NCBI GenBank assembly: GCA_964620895.1
Contig: CAZUHZ010000001.1
Span: 1-35,853 of the forward strand
DNA: 35,853 bases
Reading direction: 5' to 3'
Source of the DNA: an uncultured Dysgonomonadaceae bacterium
GTDB lineage: Bacteria; Bacteroidota; Bacteroidia; Bacteroidales; Dysgonomonadaceae
Shown here: one piece after another, positions 18,393 through 27,488 of the stretch
Position numbering within the stretch: the stretch's first letter is position 1
How the letters are laid out: each line of letters opens with the position of its first letter
The notes under the pieces: model-generated
What the model was told of the DNA's origin: nothing
Seen by the model: the letters and a program-made list of their open reading frames with translations, nothing else
Databases searched by the model: none
Translations under genes and position numbers: made by a program

Positions 18393-19352
18393 CTATTTAA
18401 ACAAATCGTTTTCTTCTAATGAAAATCCATTCAAAAAATCCACAGTCTTCATGCGTCTTCTTCCTTCAACTTGCAGTTTCAAAACAGTGATAAAACCATT
18501 GCTGACAGCCACATTCAATTGTTTAGGATGAGGCTGCACAATTGTACCAATACTATAGTTGTGCTTTTCTATGATTGGTTGCACATCAAATATTTTAATA
18601 TTAAACGATTCGCCATCTCTCACCAATGTAGTATGAGCAGCAGGGTAGGGCGATAGCCCTCTTATGAAATGGTCAACCTCGTAAGCGGTAGAGTTCCAGT
18701 CAATTCTGCAAGTGTCTTTAAATATCTTAGGGGCAGGCTTTAGCTCCTCTGCATTTGGGTTTTGTGCTTGTAGTGTGATGCTGCCATCAATAATGGCATC
18801 TACTGTTTTCAACATTAGTTGAGCTCCCACTACCATCAGTTTGTCGTGAATAGTTCCTGCATTGTCTCTTTCTCCAATTTCAATTTTTGCTTGGTGTGCA
18901 ATCTGTCCAGTGTCAATCTCATGAACCAGTTTAAAAGTTGTGACACCCGTTTCGGCTTCTCCATTTATGATAGCCCAATTGATTGGAGCAGCTCCTCGGT
19001 ATTGTGGCAATAGTGAGCCATGTAGGTTGTAAGTGCCATGTTTGGGCATATCCCACACTACTTCGGGTAGCATGCGGAAAGCAACTACAATATTCATATC
19101 TGCCTTCAATGTCTTCAACTCTTCAATAAACTCCTCATCCTTTAGGTTGGTAGGTTGTAAAACAGGCAAGTTGTGAGATTTTGCATATTTCTTTACATCC
19201 GACTCTTGCAGTTTGTGCCCTCTTCCAGCTGGTTTGTCAGGCATTGTTACCACGCCCACCACATTGTATTGGTTTTCAACTAAAAGCTTCAGCGTTTCTA
19301 CAGCAAATGAGGGTGTTCCTAAAAACAGTATTCGGAAATCTTTCTTTGTCAT
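18393..19352 (-). CDS. fmt: Methionyl-tRNA formyltransferase
   Basis: 319 aa with the formyltransferase motif HGSLLPQYRGAAPINWAIING and a C-terminal Fmt domain. Confidence 0.95.
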   Translation of the reverse strand: MTKKDFRILFLGTPSFAVETLKLLVENQYNVVGVVTMPDKPAGRGHKLQESDVKKYAKSHNLPVLQPTNLKDEEFIEELKTLKADMNIVVAFRMLPEVVWDMPKHGTYNLHGSLLPQYRGAAPINWAIINGEAETGVTTFKLVHEIDTGQIAHQAKIEIGERDNAGTIHDKLMVVGAQLMLKTVDAIIDGSITLQAQNPNAEELKPAPKIFKDTCRIDWNSTAYEVDHFIRGLSPYPAAHTTLVRDGESFNIKIFDVQPIIEKHNYSIGTIVQPHPKQLNVAVSNGFITVLKLQVEGRRRMKTVDFLNGFSLEENDLFK

Positions 19353-19361
19353 ATTGTTTAT

Positions 19362-21131
19362 CTATTCTTCAGAGTAGTGTTCTACTAATACATCTCTGTA
19401 TGCATTAAAAATGGACGATTGCGACATGATGCCTTTGTATTTACCTTCTTCATTCGTAACAGGCAAGTTCCAAGCTTTTGTATCTTCAAATAGGTTCATA
19501 ATCTCTTCCATTGTCATGCTTGTTTTTATTTGAGCTGGGGCATTGGTCATAAGTTTCGATACTTTAAATCGATCGTATAACTCGGGTCTGAAAATAATAT
19601 TCCTGATATCGTTCAATAAGATAAGTCCTACCAAAATACCATCGTCATTCACAACTGGGAAAATATTTCTTTTACACTTCGATATTACTTTCACCATCTC
19701 GCCTAAAGTCATGTTTGGTTTCACAACCTCTAAGTCCGTTTCCAGTAGAGCTTCTATATCAAGAAAAGTGAGAACAGCTCTGTCTTTGTGGTGAGTTATA
19801 AGTTCCCCTTTTTTGGCTAACTGCGTTGAATAGATGTTATGCTTCTCAAACAGAATAATAGTTGCGTATGAACTAATGGACACCATCATTAAAGGTAGAA
19901 AAAGATCGTATCCACCAGTTAGCTCAGCAATCAGAAAAGTTCCTGTAAGTGGTGCATGCATCACTCCTGCCATTACTCCTGCCATGCCAAAGAGGGAAAA
20001 ATTCTCTTGTGGCAACACATTGACAAGACCAATTGAATTGTGAGAAAAAGAGTATAGAAAGCCAACCACGCATCCTAGGAATAATGTTGGGGCGAAAATA
20101 CCGCCTGTTCCACCAGCTCCATTGGTGGCACTAGATGCAAACACTTTGGTTAGTACAATGAGGAAGGCAAATATAATAATACCCCAACTACTCTTCAGGA
20201 AATAGAAAAAACTATCGTCCATCAAGGTTTTGTAAGAGTCGCCTCCTGCCAATAAAGTTTCGATGGTGGTATATCCCTCGCCATATAAAGGAGGAAGAAA
20301 GAAAATGAGCACGCTTAGCATAACACCTCCTAGAAGAAACTTTTTCCAATAGGTGAGTTTGCCAAATATACCTTCTATCCATTTCATGCTTCTAGTAAAA
20401 TAGAGCGATACAAAACCGCAAGCTATTCCTAGTAGTATAACATGCGGGATGCGGTCGAAGGTAAACCCCTCTACTTGCGAGAAGGCAAACATTGCATTGG
20501 TGCCAGTAAGGGTGTAAGCAATAGTGGTGGCGGTAACAGAAGTAACAAGCAGGGGCAATATCGACGACATGGTGAGGTCGAGCAACAGTACCTCAATTAC
20601 AAACACAACGCCTGCAATGGGAGCTTTGAAAATTCCTGCTATTGCTCCAGCTGCACCACACCCCACAAGTAGCATCACATTGCGATGCTCTAGGTTGAAC
20701 ATTCTGCCCAAGTTGGAGCCAATAGCCGAGCCTGTGAGCACAATAGGAGCCTCGGCTCCAACCGAGCCGCCAAACCCTATTGTAAGCGAGCTTGCTATAA
20801 GCGATGTGTAGGTGTTGTGAGGCTTTAGTCTGCTTTTTCGTTGCGAAATGGCATATAATACTTTCGTTATTCCGTGGCTTATATCTTCTTTAACTATAAA
20901 CTTTACATACAAACCAGCAATAAGTATTCCCACTATTGGTAATAAAAGGTAGAAGTAGTTAGCTCCAATGTTAATAAAGTTTTTTGTGAGAGAGCTTTGT
21001 ATAAAGCTGATAGCCAATTTCAGGGTATGAGCAGCAAGTGCAGTCAACACACCTACCATAAAGCAAATTATAAGGAGAAACACACGTTCGGTAATGTGCT
21101 TTCTCCTCCAAATCAAAAAACGTTCAAACAT
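19362..21131 (-). CDS. ClC-family chloride channel / H+-Cl- antiporter with C-terminal CBS pair
   Basis: 589 aa and polytopic, with the ClC selectivity motifs GSVGAEAP and GGIFAPTLFLG, and two CBS-like C-terminal modules. Confidence 0.9.
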   Translation of the reverse strand: MFERFLIWRRKHITERVFLLIICFMVGVLTALAAHTLKLAISFIQSSLTKNFINIGANYFYLLLPIVGILIAGLYVKFIVKEDISHGITKVLYAISQRKSRLKPHNTYTSLIASSLTIGFGGSVGAEAPIVLTGSAIGSNLGRMFNLEHRNVMLLVGCGAAGAIAGIFKAPIAGVVFVIEVLLLDLTMSSILPLLVTSVTATTIAYTLTGTNAMFAFSQVEGFTFDRIPHVILLGIACGFVSLYFTRSMKWIEGIFGKLTYWKKFLLGGVMLSVLIFFLPPLYGEGYTTIETLLAGGDSYKTLMDDSFFYFLKSSWGIIIFAFLIVLTKVFASSATNGAGGTGGIFAPTLFLGCVVGFLYSFSHNSIGLVNVLPQENFSLFGMAGVMAGVMHAPLTGTFLIAELTGGYDLFLPLMMVSISSYATIILFEKHNIYSTQLAKKGELITHHKDRAVLTFLDIEALLETDLEVVKPNMTLGEMVKVISKCKRNIFPVVNDDGILVGLILLNDIRNIIFRPELYDRFKVSKLMTNAPAQIKTSMTMEEIMNLFEDTKAWNLPVTNEEGKYKGIMSQSSIFNAYRDVLVEHYSEE

Positions 21132-21442
21132 ATATTCAAAAAAACTTGAGTAAAGATAGTAATCTTTTTATTTGCCGAGAAAGGCTATTCAGTGCTCTAA
21201 GACAAGAGGAATATCCACTCTTCTTGCTTCAGGCAAATGTAATTCTAGTCTTGATTACACTAACCACAAAACTACAATTTTTTTTTCACAATTTGCTCTC
21301 TTGCTCTTATTTTCTTTTTAATGGCGATTGAGTGTCAGGTTTTTGGTAGGTAGCCTTCAGCTTATTGATATCTACGATATTTATTTAAGAAACAGTCACC
21401 AAGATTAACTATTTTGCACATTATCATCGCCACGCAATGTAG

Positions 21443-21463
21443 GGGCGGGGCTTGCCCCCGCCC
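21443..21463. repeat. All-GC 8-bp hairpin (REP-like palindrome)
   Basis: gggcgggg (21443-21450) pairs with ccccgccc (21456-21463) across the loop cttgc. It is a GC island inside very AT-rich intergenic DNA, with no adjacent T-run. Confidence 0.55.
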
Positions 21464-21747
21464 GAAATATTCATTATCCTCTTACTTCGACACTTTTATT
21501 TGTGGTGTTTTATAATCATTTGAATATATATAAATACATTTTCTTATTAGAGATGTATCTGTGAATAGTGTTACAAATTATGCGGAGTTTGGTAGTGTGG
21601 TTGATATATATATATATTATGATAGTTGTAGATTTTATTGCTATCAACAATTGACCATCAATCCCTCGTTGCAAACGAAGGGGAGTGAGGTATCAAATCG
21701 TGTGTGAAATGCTGCGAGATTATATATTAACGGTGATTATATCCTCC

Positions 21748-22311
21748 CTATTTCCTAATAATATCAATTTCTCCACCACTCCCCAACTTTATAATAGAAG
21801 AGGGGTTTTGTTGGTAGTTTTCCTCTTGTCGGTATTGCACCACATAGTCAACAGCGTCTATTATTTCGGGGTCTATATCGTGGAAGTTTTGTGGAGGAGT
21901 GTGTCCTGCAATGTTTGCCGAAGTAGAAACTATTGGTTTTCTAAATCGCATGCACAACTGTTGCGAGAAAGCCTCGGAGGTGATACGAATGCCTATCGTG
22001 CCATCGCTGTTTATAAGATTGGGAGCTAGGTTTTTGGCTCCGTTGAAGATGATGGTGAGAGGTTTGTCAGCAAGGTCTATGAGGTCCCAAGCAATATCGG
22101 GCACATCTTCAACATATCCTTGTAGCTTTGCATCATTGTCTAATAAAATGAGCATCGACTTGCTCTTGTCTCTTTGCTTTATGGTATAAAGTTTCTCAAC
22201 AGCTTCTTGGTTGGTTGCATCACAACCAATGCCCCAAATTGTGTCGGTAGGATAGAGTATCACTCCACCTTGTTTTAAAACCTCTATTGCTTTTTGTATG
22301 TCTTCGTTCAT
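21748..22311 (-). CDS. tsaC: L-threonylcarbamoyladenylate synthase (YrdC/TsaC family)
   Basis: 187 aa with YrdC-domain motifs (ILYPTDTIWGIGCDA; VSTSANIAGH). Confidence 0.88.
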   Translation of the reverse strand: MNEDIQKAIEVLKQGGVILYPTDTIWGIGCDATNQEAVEKLYTIKQRDKSKSMLILLDNDAKLQGYVEDVPDIAWDLIDLADKPLTIIFNGAKNLAPNLINSDGTIGIRITSEAFSQQLCMRFRKPIVSTSANIAGHTPPQNFHDIDPEIIDAVDYVVQYRQEENYQQNPSSIIKLGSGGEIDIIRK

Positions 22312-22844
22312 TCTTGATGAGTTTTTATATTTTGCACAACAATGGCATCTTCATATTTGCTGTCATGAGCTATCCATTGTTGCAGAACTCCAGTTTTGGT
22401 ATATCCAGAGTTGATGAAAAGTTGAAAGCTTGCGTTGTTGCTCTGGGGGATGTGTGCGTAGAGCTGATTGATATTTAAAAAATTGAAGGCGTAATCTTGC
22501 AAAAGCTTCAGTGCTTGTATAGCAAATCCACCTCTTCGGTGTGCAGCGTCGATATATATTCCTACTCCAGCTCGGCTATTGAGTGCATCAAAATCATACA
22601 GGTCTATTGTGCCCACTACCTTGTTTGCTTGGTTGAGGGTAATCATAAATCGGAGTTGTTTCGACTGAAAAATATCTGTTTGCGCATCTGCAATATATTG
22701 TTTCAGCACATACTTTGAATAGGGTGATATGGTTGAGCTATATTTCCAAATATCAGTGTCATTTTCCCATTTGTAAAGTACTTCTAGGTCTTCGGGTTCT
22801 GGTGCTCGAAGGTGTAGTGTGTTGTTGTGAAGAAATGTTGCCAT
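22308..22844 (-). CDS. GNAT family N-acetyltransferase (RimJ/RimL-like)
   Basis: 178 aa with a GNAT core (IYIDAAHRRGGFAIQALKLL). A 4-nt ATGA stop/start overlap with tsaC suggests translational coupling. Confidence 0.85.
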   Translation of the reverse strand: MATFLHNNTLHLRAPEPEDLEVLYKWENDTDIWKYSSTISPYSKYVLKQYIADAQTDIFQSKQLRFMITLNQANKVVGTIDLYDFDALNSRAGVGIYIDAAHRRGGFAIQALKLLQDYAFNFLNINQLYAHIPQSNNASFQLFINSGYTKTGVLQQWIAHDSKYEDAIVVQNIKTHQE

Positions 22845-22855
22845 AATTTTAAAAT

Positions 22856-23302
22856 TTATCTTGCATCTAATGCTTCTCCTATGCGAAGGAATATGTTTTT
22901 TTTGCGCTTGTCTTTTTCTTGTTGAGTTTCTTGCGATGACATGATTGTTTGAAAAGAACTTTCGCCCCTTACAGTAGCTTGCACAGCTTTGTATATAACG
23001 CCCCAGTCTGGCAATCCTCCCAAGTTTCTATCATCGATAAACATATCTACATTTATTTTGCGTGGCGAGGGGGTGGTCTCTTCAGGATAATTGGCGTTGT
23101 TGGCATAGAATATCAGTCCTCGTTCGGCACAGTAGTCTATAGCTTCTTGAAGAAACTCATCTTCACGTACAGTCCATAAAATGAGTCTGTGATTTTCTTT
23201 TTGCAATTGCAGCAATGTTTCAATAGCGAAAGGTATAGGTCGTCCTATTTTTGGATACATGTGTTCAACAATTGTTCCATCAAAATCTATTGCAATAGTC
23301 AT
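22856..23302 (-). CDS. Small HAD-superfamily-like hydrolase
   Basis: 148 aa with the N-terminal DxDGT motif (IAIDFDGTIV) and a downstream FIDDRN acidic motif consistent with a capless HAD phosphatase fold. Confidence 0.6.
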   Translation of the reverse strand: MTIAIDFDGTIVEHMYPKIGRPIPFAIETLLQLQKENHRLILWTVREDEFLQEAIDYCAERGLIFYANNANYPEETTPSPRKINVDMFIDDRNLGGLPDWGVIYKAVQATVRGESSFQTIMSSQETQQEKDKRKKNIFLRIGEALDAR

Positions 23303-23333
23303 TGTATCTTTGTTTTAGGTTGTGTTTATTAAA

Positions 23334-23843
23334 TTATTTGTTATCTGTTATCTCTTCTTTGTCATCTTCACTAAGTTGTTCTTCTTTTTCTTCTTCAGCA
23401 ACTACATCTATGTCGTTTTCTGTTGGGTAGCTAAAGATATATGCTATGAAAGTGACCAATGTGAGGAGCATAAAGTTTTGATTAAACGAGAGGGCATATA
23501 AAACAATGTTTAAAGAGGCAACTAAAAACAGAATTCCAAATCGTGTTATAAAAGCTTTTTTGTACTGAGCTGTTGTGGAGTCGCTATCTTTAGGATGTTT
23601 GTTTTTATTCATTATTACCGAGAAGAGCTTCAATGCTCCTGGAATGCCAACTAGAGTTATTAGAAGCGACCAAGTTTCAACTCCATAAGGTATAGTTGTG
23701 GCTTGTGGCACTAAAGTTATCCATTTAAAAGCAAAACTAACAAAGAGGATTGCTTGAACTCCGAATGCTATATAGAACAGGCGTTTTAAGTTGGTTATTA
23801 TAGGTTTTGAATTCATTTTGCTATGACAGTTTATACGACTCAC
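23334..23843 (-). CDS. Uncharacterised membrane protein with acidic C-terminal tail
   Basis: 169 aa with about four predicted TM helices and the tail [23 protein letters not shown]. Its start overlaps the recR 3' end by 23 nt. I recognise no family. Confidence 0.55.
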   Translation of the reverse strand: MSRINCHSKMNSKPIITNLKRLFYIAFGVQAILFVSFAFKWITLVPQATTIPYGVETWSLLITLVGIPGALKLFSVIMNKNKHPKDSDSTTAQYKKAFITRFGILFLVASLNIVLYALSFNQNFMLLTLVTFIAYIFSYPTENDIDVVAEEEKEEQLSEDDKEEITDNK

Positions 23844-24453
23844 TAAACGGAGTTCTATTTAATATCGAGCGACCAAGTGTCACCTCATCTGTGTACTCTA
23901 TTTCATTTCCTACCGATACACCCCGTGCAATAATTGACACTTTGATGTTGAGAGGTTCCAGTTTTCGGTAAATATAAAAGTTGGTTGTATCGCCTTCCAT
24001 TGTTGCACTTAAAGCCAATATAACCTCTTTCACCTCTTTTTCCTTTACTCTTTTTATCAAGCTTGCAATTTCCACGTCCGAAGGACCTATTCCATCAATG
24101 GGTGATATTATTCCTCCCAACACATGGTATTGACCTTTATATTGCACCGTGTTTTCTATTGCCATCACATCTTTTATGTTTTCTACAACACATACTGTTG
24201 AGGGGTCGCGCAATGTATTAGCGCAAATATTGCAAACTTCACTGTCCGAAATATTGAAGCACGAAGAGCAATACTTCACCTCTCTCTTTAATGTTGTAAT
24301 TGCCTCAGCAAAGTCTTCTACCTGTTTGTCGTCCTGACGAAGTAGGTGTAGTACTAAGCGGAGGGCAGTTTTTCTTCCAATTCCTGGAAGTTTAGAAAAC
24401 TCTTTTACTGCATTTTCAAGAAGGGTTGAAGGATAGGGTTGATTCATCTGCAT
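23821..24453 (-). CDS. recR: Recombination protein RecR
   Basis: 210 aa with the helix-hairpin-helix [12 protein letters not shown], the C4 zinc finger [16 protein letters not shown] and a Toprim domain. Confidence 0.95.
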   Translation of the reverse strand: MQMNQPYPSTLLENAVKEFSKLPGIGRKTALRLVLHLLRQDDKQVEDFAEAITTLKREVKYCSSCFNISDSEVCNICANTLRDPSTVCVVENIKDVMAIENTVQYKGQYHVLGGIISPIDGIGPSDVEIASLIKRVKEKEVKEVILALSATMEGDTTNFYIYRKLEPLNIKVSIIARGVSVGNEIEYTDEVTLGRSILNRTPFSESYKLS

Positions 24454-24469
24454 TGTTTTATATTCCTTG

Positions 24470-24501
24470 CAAATATAGCACGAATGGTTTTATTGCACAA
24501 A
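24470..24501 (-). promoter_or_regulatory. Bacteroidota promoter of the recR operon (TTTG-N20-TAtaTTTG)
   Basis: On the minus strand, TTTG lies at 24501-24498 and TATATTTG at 24477-24470, with a 20-nt spacer. The -7 box ends 16 nt before the ATG at 24453. Confidence 0.55.
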
Positions 24502-24555
24502 TGTACTCAATTAATCTTTGATGTAACTTCTTGTCTAAATTGCACGTTAATTTTG

Positions 24556-24586
24556 TTTGTGTGTGTACAATTATTTTATAGCTTTG
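24556..24586 (+). promoter_or_regulatory. Bacteroidota promoter of serC (TTTG-N19-TAgcTTTG)
   Basis: TTTG lies at 24556-24559 and TAGCTTTG at 24579-24586, with a 19-nt spacer, about 88 nt upstream of the serC ATG. Confidence 0.55.
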
Positions 24587-24673
24587 TTAATCTTTTGGCA
24601 AGCTATATATTGGCTGTTTATATCATTAGAATAATTATTACACAGTATATTAATTTCAATTATTTCACAATTT

Positions 24674-25744
24674 ATGAAGAAATACAATTTTAATGCAGGT
24701 CCTTGTGTGTTACCTCGCTCGGCAGTTGAGTCGTCTATCGAAGCTATTCGCAACTTTGATAATACTGGCATTGGTGTTCTTGAAATTTCGCATAGAACTC
24801 CAGGTTGGGAAAATCTTATGAAAGAGTGCGATGCTTTATGGCGCGAATTGCTTGACATACCCCAAAACTATAAAGTGCTTTTTATGGGAGGTGGAGCTAG
24901 CACACAGTTCTTTACTGTGCCTGCAAACTTAATGACCAAAAAAGCTGCTTACCTGCAAACGGGTGTATGGGCAAAGAAAGCAATGAAAGAAGCAAAGTTT
25001 TATGGCGATGTAGAAGTTGTAGCTTCATCAGAAGATAAAACATATTCGTATATACCCAAAGGATACACTATTCCTACCGATGCAGACTATTTTCATATTA
25101 CTACCAATAACACCATCTACGGAACAGAGATTAAAGAAGATATTGACTCTCCTATTACATTGGTGGCTGACATGTCATCCGACATTATGAGTCGTCCTGT
25201 TGACATATCTAAATATGGTGTTATATATGGTGGAGCACAAAAAAATGTAGGTCCTGCTGGTGTTGCATTTGTTATTGTGCGCGAAGATTTGCTTGGCAAA
25301 GTTGAGCGTGACATTCCATCAATGGTCGATTATCGCTCACATATCAAAGGCGAATCTATGTTTAACACTCCTCCCGTATTTCCTATATTTGTGATGCACG
25401 AAACGTTGAAGTGGGTTCAATCTGTGGGAGGTGTTGCAAAGATGCAAAAAATCAATCAGAAGAAAGCGGCAATGCTTTATGACGAAATTGATAGAAACAA
25501 ACTATTTGTAGGCACTGCTGCCAAAGAAGACCGCTCTCTTATGAATGTGTGTTTTGTTATGAATGAGGAGTATAAAGAGAAAGAGGCAGCGTTCTTGAAG
25601 TTCGCTACAGAGCAAGGAATGGTAGGCATTAAGGGTCACCGCTCAGTGGGTGGTTTCCGTACTTCTATTTACAACTCTTGCCCTATTGAGGCAGTTGAAG
25701 CATTGGTTGAATGTATGCAGGATTTCGAGGAAAAGAACTCGTAA
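24674..25744 (+). CDS. serC: Phosphoserine aminotransferase
   Basis: 356 aa, class V aminotransferase, with the N-terminal FNAGP motif and the PLP-Lys region [12 protein letters not shown]. Confidence 0.95.
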   Translation: MKKYNFNAGPCVLPRSAVESSIEAIRNFDNTGIGVLEISHRTPGWENLMKECDALWRELLDIPQNYKVLFMGGGASTQFFTVPANLMTKKAAYLQTGVWAKKAMKEAKFYGDVEVVASSEDKTYSYIPKGYTIPTDADYFHITTNNTIYGTEIKEDIDSPITLVADMSSDIMSRPVDISKYGVIYGGAQKNVGPAGVAFVIVREDLLGKVERDIPSMVDYRSHIKGESMFNTPPVFPIFVMHETLKWVQSVGGVAKMQKINQKKAAMLYDEIDRNKLFVGTAAKEDRSLMNVCFVMNEEYKEKEAAFLKFATEQGMVGIKGHRSVGGFRTSIYNSCPIEAVEALVECMQDFEEKNS

Positions 25745-25923
25745 TGTGCTGACTTGTGGTAGTAAAGGCTGCTTTGTGATAAACTGATATCCTCCGAAGT
25801 ATTGTGTTGTACAGCCTTGCATAATACTTTGCGAGGCTATTAAGGGGGCATATACCAAACTTCTATTGTTCTACGAAGCTCTTTGCGATTGCTTAATTTA
25901 AGGAACCTAAAGATGCTATTGTT

Positions 25924-26838
25924 TTATTCTTTGGAAGACCTAATGTCTGCACCCCACATTAATTTGTTGCGAAGAGTCTCGAAAAAGGTGTGACCACGAC
26001 GTTTCACAACGGGTTGAGCATAATTGGCTTTAGTTATTTCAAGCAACGTGTCGGCACTCAATGTTTGAGACACACCGTCTAACGACACCAAATAGTTGTC
26101 GCTTCTGCTCTCTATTTTCAATCTAATTTTGCTATTGCTATCAACTACCAAAGGACGGGAGTTTAAACTGTGGGGAGCAATAGCTGTGAGGATGATATTG
26201 GGCGCAGTAGGAACCATGATAGGACCTCCAATACTTAGCGAATATGCTGTAGAACCTGTAGGTGTAGCCACAACTAATCCATCGGCTTGATAGGAGGTTA
26301 GATATTCATCGTCGATATAAGCGTGAATAGTGAGCATAGATGAAGTGTCTTGCTTTAAGACTGCCACTTCGTTGAGGGAGTAGTTGGCAACATCGTTGCT
26401 CAATTGCTCCTCTTCTGCCGAAAGTGTAATAATAGTAGTCTTGAGCAACATGCGATTTTCGAGACGATAGTTGTTATTGAAAATCTCGTCTAAGGTTTCG
26501 TCTAAGTCTTCGAACTTGATATCGGCTAAAAAGCCAAGTCTTCCAGTATTAATTCCAAGTATTGGAATTTTGCGATGTGCAATTTCTGCAGCAGTTCTCA
26601 GAAAAGTTCCATCGCCACCAATGCTAAAAGCCATATCTACCTCGGGCATAGATTTGTTGAAAAGATATATAAAGGGGTCAATCTTCTCTTTTAACCCACC
26701 TGACAAGGTATCGAAGAAAGTAGCTGGTAAATAGATTTCTATGCAGTGATCCTTTATCTTTTGACAAATAGCATAAAACTGATGTTCATATTCTTCAGGC
26801 TTGTTGTTATATAAGTTGCCAAATAATACTACCTTCAT
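25924..26838 (-). CDS. nadK: NAD kinase
   Basis: 304 aa with the GGDGTFL motif and the DGLVVATPTGSTAYSLS motif. Confidence 0.92.
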   Translation of the reverse strand: MKVVLFGNLYNNKPEEYEHQFYAICQKIKDHCIEIYLPATFFDTLSGGLKEKIDPFIYLFNKSMPEVDMAFSIGGDGTFLRTAAEIAHRKIPILGINTGRLGFLADIKFEDLDETLDEIFNNNYRLENRMLLKTTIITLSAEEEQLSNDVANYSLNEVAVLKQDTSSMLTIHAYIDDEYLTSYQADGLVVATPTGSTAYSLSIGGPIMVPTAPNIILTAIAPHSLNSRPLVVDSNSKIRLKIESRSDNYLVSLDGVSQTLSADTLLEITKANYAQPVVKRRGHTFFETLRNKLMWGADIRSSKE

Positions 26839-26926
26839 TCTTTTGTTGTTTTATTTCTACCACATACTATTATATAATAACGAGAACTTCACCTTAAATC
26901 GTTTTTTTTGAGACGATAATAGATGA

Positions 26927-27304
26927 TTAAATATCTAAGTAGTGCATTAGTTCTTTCAATCTATCTTCGTAGGTTTCATTCATTTTGCCCTCTCTCATGA
27001 AATAGTAAACAATGTTGTAGCTATATCGCTCAAAACTTCTAAGCACCGCTGAAATATCCAGAACATCCAATTTTAAAGATACCAGTAAGCTTATTCCATC
27101 TTCCAAAGGAAGGGTTTCCAATCTTACTATTCTTGCATTATTATCTTCAACCAAACGAGCAATCTCAGAAAGTGAATAATCTTTGATTGCCATATCTAAG
27201 ATTAGCAATGAGTGTTCGTTCTCTGCCAGCTCTAAAAATTTTTCAGGGCTTGTTGTAGAGATAAAACTCTTTATCTGTTTCTTGATGAATTCTTTTGATT
27301 GCAT
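26927..27304 (-). CDS. Small hypothetical protein with ACT-like beta-alpha-beta-beta-alpha-beta pattern
   Basis: 125 aa. The segment LLILDMAIKDYSLSEIARLVEDNNARIVRLETLPLEDGISLLVSLKLDVLDISAVLRSFERYSYNIV has the alternation expected of an ACT/regulatory fold. No catalytic motifs. The gene sits upstream of nadK and divergent from pdxJ. Confidence 0.5.
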   Translation of the reverse strand: MQSKEFIKKQIKSFISTTSPEKFLELAENEHSLLILDMAIKDYSLSEIARLVEDNNARIVRLETLPLEDGISLLVSLKLDVLDISAVLRSFERYSYNIVYYFMREGKMNETYEDRLKELMHYLDI

Positions 27305-27434
27305 ATTCTTTTTCCCTCTTATCTTAAAGGATAATTTTTTATTCTACTACAAAGATGTAAAAAAAATTCATTCTTTTAGAGCAAGAAAACAACTATTTAT
27401 ATTCCTTACTTTTCAATGTGGATGAAAAAATGCA

Positions 27435-27442
27435 TATCTTTG
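27435..27442 (+). promoter_or_regulatory. Bacteroidota -7 box (TAtcTTTG) upstream of pdxJ
   Basis: TATCTTTGCAAAT lies 46 nt upstream of the ATG at 27489. The -33 position reads TTTC. Confidence 0.5.
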
Positions 27443-27488
27443 CAAATAAATTTTATCAATAGCACACAGTGCCCCTATTATAAATATT

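Noticed and set aside
21685-22029. 114-aa + strand ORF at the tsaC 3' end
   Set aside because: It mostly overlaps the motif-verified tsaC gene on the opposite strand. The N-terminal part lies in repeat-bearing spacer DNA, and there is no promoter box.
24439-24693. 84-aa + ORF and 95-aa - ORF in the recR/serC divergent region
   Set aside because: They cover the two well-formed divergent promoters. The sequences are AT-rich, hydrophobic and low-complexity, and they overlap the serC start.
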